Source of the DNA: Narcine bancroftii
Lineage: Eukaryota
Direction: 5' to 3'
Assembly (NCBI RefSeq): GCF_036971445.1
Contig: NC_091478.1
Location: forward strand, 97,402,001-97,466,000
DNA length: 64,000 nucleotides
The translations under genes and the position numbers were made by a program. Under the pieces are notes generated by a model. That model had not been told where the DNA came from, did not search any database, and saw only the letters and a list, made by a program, of their open reading frames with translations. Below are positions 62,035 through 64,000 of the stretch, piece after piece; the first letter of the stretch is position 1, and every line of letters starts with the position of its first letter.

Positions 62035-62740
62035 AACAGAGGAATCTGGGAACACAGATTCATAATTCTTGAAAGTGGCATCTCAGGTAGAAAGGATTAT
62101 AAATAAAGGTTTTTGGTATGTTGGCCTTCTTAAATCAAAGAATTGAGTATGGGAGTTGGCATACATGTTGAAGATGTACATGAGGCCAAAATTTGGAGTA
62201 TTGTGTGCAATTTTGGTCACCTACCTACAAGAAAGATATCAATATGATTGAAAGAGTGCAGAGACGATTTATAAGGATGTTGCTAAGAATTGAGGAACTG
62301 AGTTACAGGGAAAGGTTAAACAGGTTAGGACTTTATTCCCTGGACTGCAGAAGAATGAGGGGTAGATTTGATAGAAGTATACAAAATTATTATGGGTATA
62401 GATAAAATAAATGGAAATACTGGCAGCTATTTCCACTGAGGTTAAGTGAGATACAAACTAGAGGACATGGGTTAAGGTTGAAAGGGGAGAAGTTTAGGGG
62501 GAAGATTAAGGGGAACTTCTTCACAAAGAGCTTGCTGGGTGTATGGAATGAGCTGCCAGCTGAAGTGGTGAATGCAGGCTCAATTTTAACATTTTAGAAA
62601 AATTTGGAGAGGTGCATGAATGGGAGAGTTATGGAGGGTAATGGAATGGGTGCAGCTCAGTGGGAGTAGGCAGAATAATAATTCAGCACAGACTAGAAGG
62701 GCCGAAGGGCCTGTTGTCTGTGCTGTAATGTTATATGGCT
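62035..62740 (+). mobile_element. CR1 3' fragment
   Basis: LEYCVQFWSPTYKKDINMIERVQRRFIRML..SYRERLNRLGLYSL..RRMRG; tail gggccgaagggcctgttgtctgtgctgtaatgtt. Confidence 0.9.
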
Positions 62741-62825
62741 CATAAAGTGATAAAGTGTGCAGAGTTGCACAGAGAGATCAGTTAGAACAGAGTGAAATGC
62801 CGCTTAAGTGTCTGAAGTCATTTCA

Positions 62826-62861
62826 ATTGAACTGAGTTGAATTGAGTTGAATTGAATTGAA
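62826..62861. repeat. (AATTG/AGTTG)n pentanucleotide microsatellite
   Basis: attgaactgagttgaattgagttgaattgaattgaa. Confidence 0.8.
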
Positions 62862-63689
62862 TGGAATTCCATCAATTGCTTATTTTCATTTTTGCCGAGA
62901 TGTAGTGCAATACTTTGTTTTTCATACTATACATGCAAGTCAGCCTCTGTATAATTGCCACAGGCATTGCAAGAAAAAATCCAAGTGTTAACAGAAACAG
63001 AACTTTTCTGCAAGACTGTTTTACAGTTGATGTTGGATGGATAAGATTTAGTTGGGGAAGGAATTAAGGTCTCTAGGCTAGTAAGTGGATGAGTTTAAGA
63101 GATAGATTTGTCCTTAGCCAATCGATTTGGAGCAAGGATCCAAAGCAATGAATAACTTCTTCCCGTTCTTAGGGTTCTCTCTTCATCTCCCTCAGAAACA
63201 CACCAGTGTTAAAATGAATGAAAACTAAAACACTGATTGAAATAAAAATAAACTGCAGATGCTGGAAGTCTGAAATAAAAACAGAAAATATAAGAAACAC
63301 TTAACAAGTCAGCTGGCATCTCAGTTTCAAGTCAATACATCAGCTCCATAATCATTAATCATATTCCACTGAAGGGTCACAGACCTGGTAGCTTTTCTGG
63401 AGACACGTGAGGGCCAAAAAAAAAACATCCAGCTGTCTTCAAATCCACCCCATATGACTCATCATCCTTTGTGTGACTGGCCCTCCTCAGCTCTCTCTCG
63501 CTTTGTCTGGTACCTTCTAATTCAATGCCTCCACCTCCCCTGCTGTCTGTTATCCTCACCTTACCCTGGCTCACCAATTCCTCTACTGGCCGCTATCCAA
63601 CCCTTCCCATCCTCATACTGGCTGATTGCCCTCTGCACTCTCAGGTTCCAATCTGAAACGTTAATCTTTCTTTTTCTGACATTTTCTAC

Positions 63690-64000
63690 CTGTCCTATTC
63701 GTTGCACACCCATAACGGCATGGCCTGGCGCTATTCCAATGCTATCTACAAATTTGCCAATGACACCACAGTTGTCGGCAGAATTACAAATGGCAATGAG
63801 GAAGTGTACTGGAGGGTGACAGATCAGCTCTTTGAGTGGGGTCACAACAACAACCTTGCACTCAACATTAGCAAAACCAAGGAGATAGTCGTGGACTTCA
63901 GGAAGAAGTCAGGGGAGCATGACCCTGTCCTCATTGAGGGCTCAGTAGTGGAGAGAGTCAAGAACCTCAAATTCCTGGGTGTCAGCATTTCCGAGGATCT
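63690..64000 (+). mobile_element. Rex1/Babar RT fragment running off the window
   Basis: IYKFANDTTVVGRI..NNLALNISKTKEIVVDFRK..FLGVSISEDL. Confidence 0.88.

Overview
Eukaryotic, repeat-saturated genomic DNA with no recognisable host protein-coding gene, rRNA, true tRNA or CRISPR array. It is probably a large intron or intergenic region. The repeat complement is typical of a cartilaginous fish, most likely a ray (inference): CR1, Rex1/Babar, L1/Tx1, RTE and Penelope-like retroelements, tRNA-headed SINEs, Deu-domain SINE relics, hAT MITEs, a deleted Gypsy element and solo LTR-like repeats. Nearly all ORFs in the track are decayed TE fragments or low-complexity artefacts. The most notable structure is a 1.9-kb non-autonomous hAT element (18955-20880) with a perfect 8-bp TSD. 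It carries non-transposase cargo: a CpG-rich block with a well-formed 66-nt exon-like unit, CR1/Penelope scraps and a 13-copy 30-bp minisatellite, making it a candidate Pack-type transposon. Other notable structures are a TSD-flanked 1.06-kb bipartite L1 derivative (5' end fused to 3' end), a Gypsy copy with a collapsed 5' LTR and no RT, decayed hammerhead-like motifs and fold-back structures at Penelope termini, and several TE-free islands that may be conserved non-coding elements. Repeat boundaries are approximate unless a TSD or terminus is quoted. Family calls come from motif recognition, not database searches.
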